Source of the DNA: Chiloscyllium plagiosum
Lineage: Eukaryota
Direction of reading: 5' to 3'
DNA: 61,338 nucleotides
Assembly (NCBI RefSeq): GCF_004010195.1
Contig: NC_057719.1
Coordinates: 4,327,865-4,389,202 of the forward strand
Of the stretch, positions 60,731 to 61,338 are shown piece by piece. A model generated the notes under the pieces. That model was not told the DNA's origin, did no database searches, and saw nothing but the letters and a program-made list of their open reading frames with translations. Every line of letters begins with the position of its first letter. Position 1 is the first letter of the stretch. The position numbers and the translations under genes were made by a program.

Positions 60731-61338
60731 GGAACAAAGAACAAAGAACAAAGAAAATTTACAGCCCAAGAACAGACCCTTCAGCCCTTCAAGCCTGAGC
60801 CAATCCAAATGTACTGTCTAAACCTGTCGGTCAATTCCTAGGCATTTGTATCCCTCTGCTCCCCACCTATTCATGCGTCTGTCCAGATGCATCTTAAATG
60901 AATCTACTGTGCCTGCCTCTACCACCTCTGCTGGCAATGCCTTCCAGACACCTACCACCCTCTGTGTGAAGTACTTGCCACGTGTATCCCCCTTAAACTT
61001 TCCACTTCTCACCTTGAAAGCATGACCCCACATTATTGAATCCTTCACCCTGGGAAAAAGCTTGTCTCTATCCACCATGTCTATACCCTTCATGATTTTG
61101 CAAACCTCAATCAGGTCCCCCCTCACTCTCCTTTTTTCTAATGAAAACAAACCTAACCTACTCAACCTCTCTTCATAGCTAGCACCTTCCATACCAGGCA
61201 ACATCCTCATAAACCTTCTCTGCACCCTCTCCAAAGCGTCCACATCCTTTTGGTAATGTGGCAACCAAAACTGTACACAGTATTCTAAATGCGGCCGAAC
61301 CAATGTCTTGTACAATTTTAATATGACTTGCCAGCTCT
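60731..61338 (-). mobile_element. Young CR1 ORF2 C-terminus (runs off the window)
   Basis: Uninterrupted 165-aa ORF YKTLVRPHLEYCVQFWLP...YFTQRVVGVWKALP and (AGAACAA)n tail. Confidence 0.96.

Overview
Eukaryotic, repeat-dense non-coding DNA, almost certainly from a shark or other elasmobranch: it carries HE1-type V-SINEs, abundant CR1 LINEs and Penelope-like elements. I find no host protein-coding exon, rRNA, tRNA gene or CRISPR array that I can support. The recognisable ORFs in the track are decayed retroelement fragments, and the rest are antisense shadows or repeat artefacts. Content: many nested CR1 LINEs; a second CR1/L2-group LINE with a partner tRNA-SINE; L2, Rex1/Babar-like and Tx1 pieces; a ~9 kb patchwork of Gmr1-like Gypsy relics (integrase before RT); at least four Penelope-like (PLE) families whose terminal repeats carry minimal hammerhead-ribozyme motifs; an ancient Deu-domain SINE; five tandem arrays; and several local duplications. 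The most unusual signals are: (1) a ~200-bp inverted pair matching no repeat family I recognise (53294-53493 / 54707-54911), with a 63-bp core 61/63 identical while the flanks are ~80% identical, bracketing a 26-bp minisatellite; (2) about 20 hammerhead relics showing cross-family covariation, one with an intact core; (3) local duplications with retroelement fragments at their junctions; (4) a minisatellite apparently born from the GTND motif of a CR1 ORF1. Boundaries of old elements were placed by eye and are approximate (tens of bp). Family names come from recalled motifs, not database searches.
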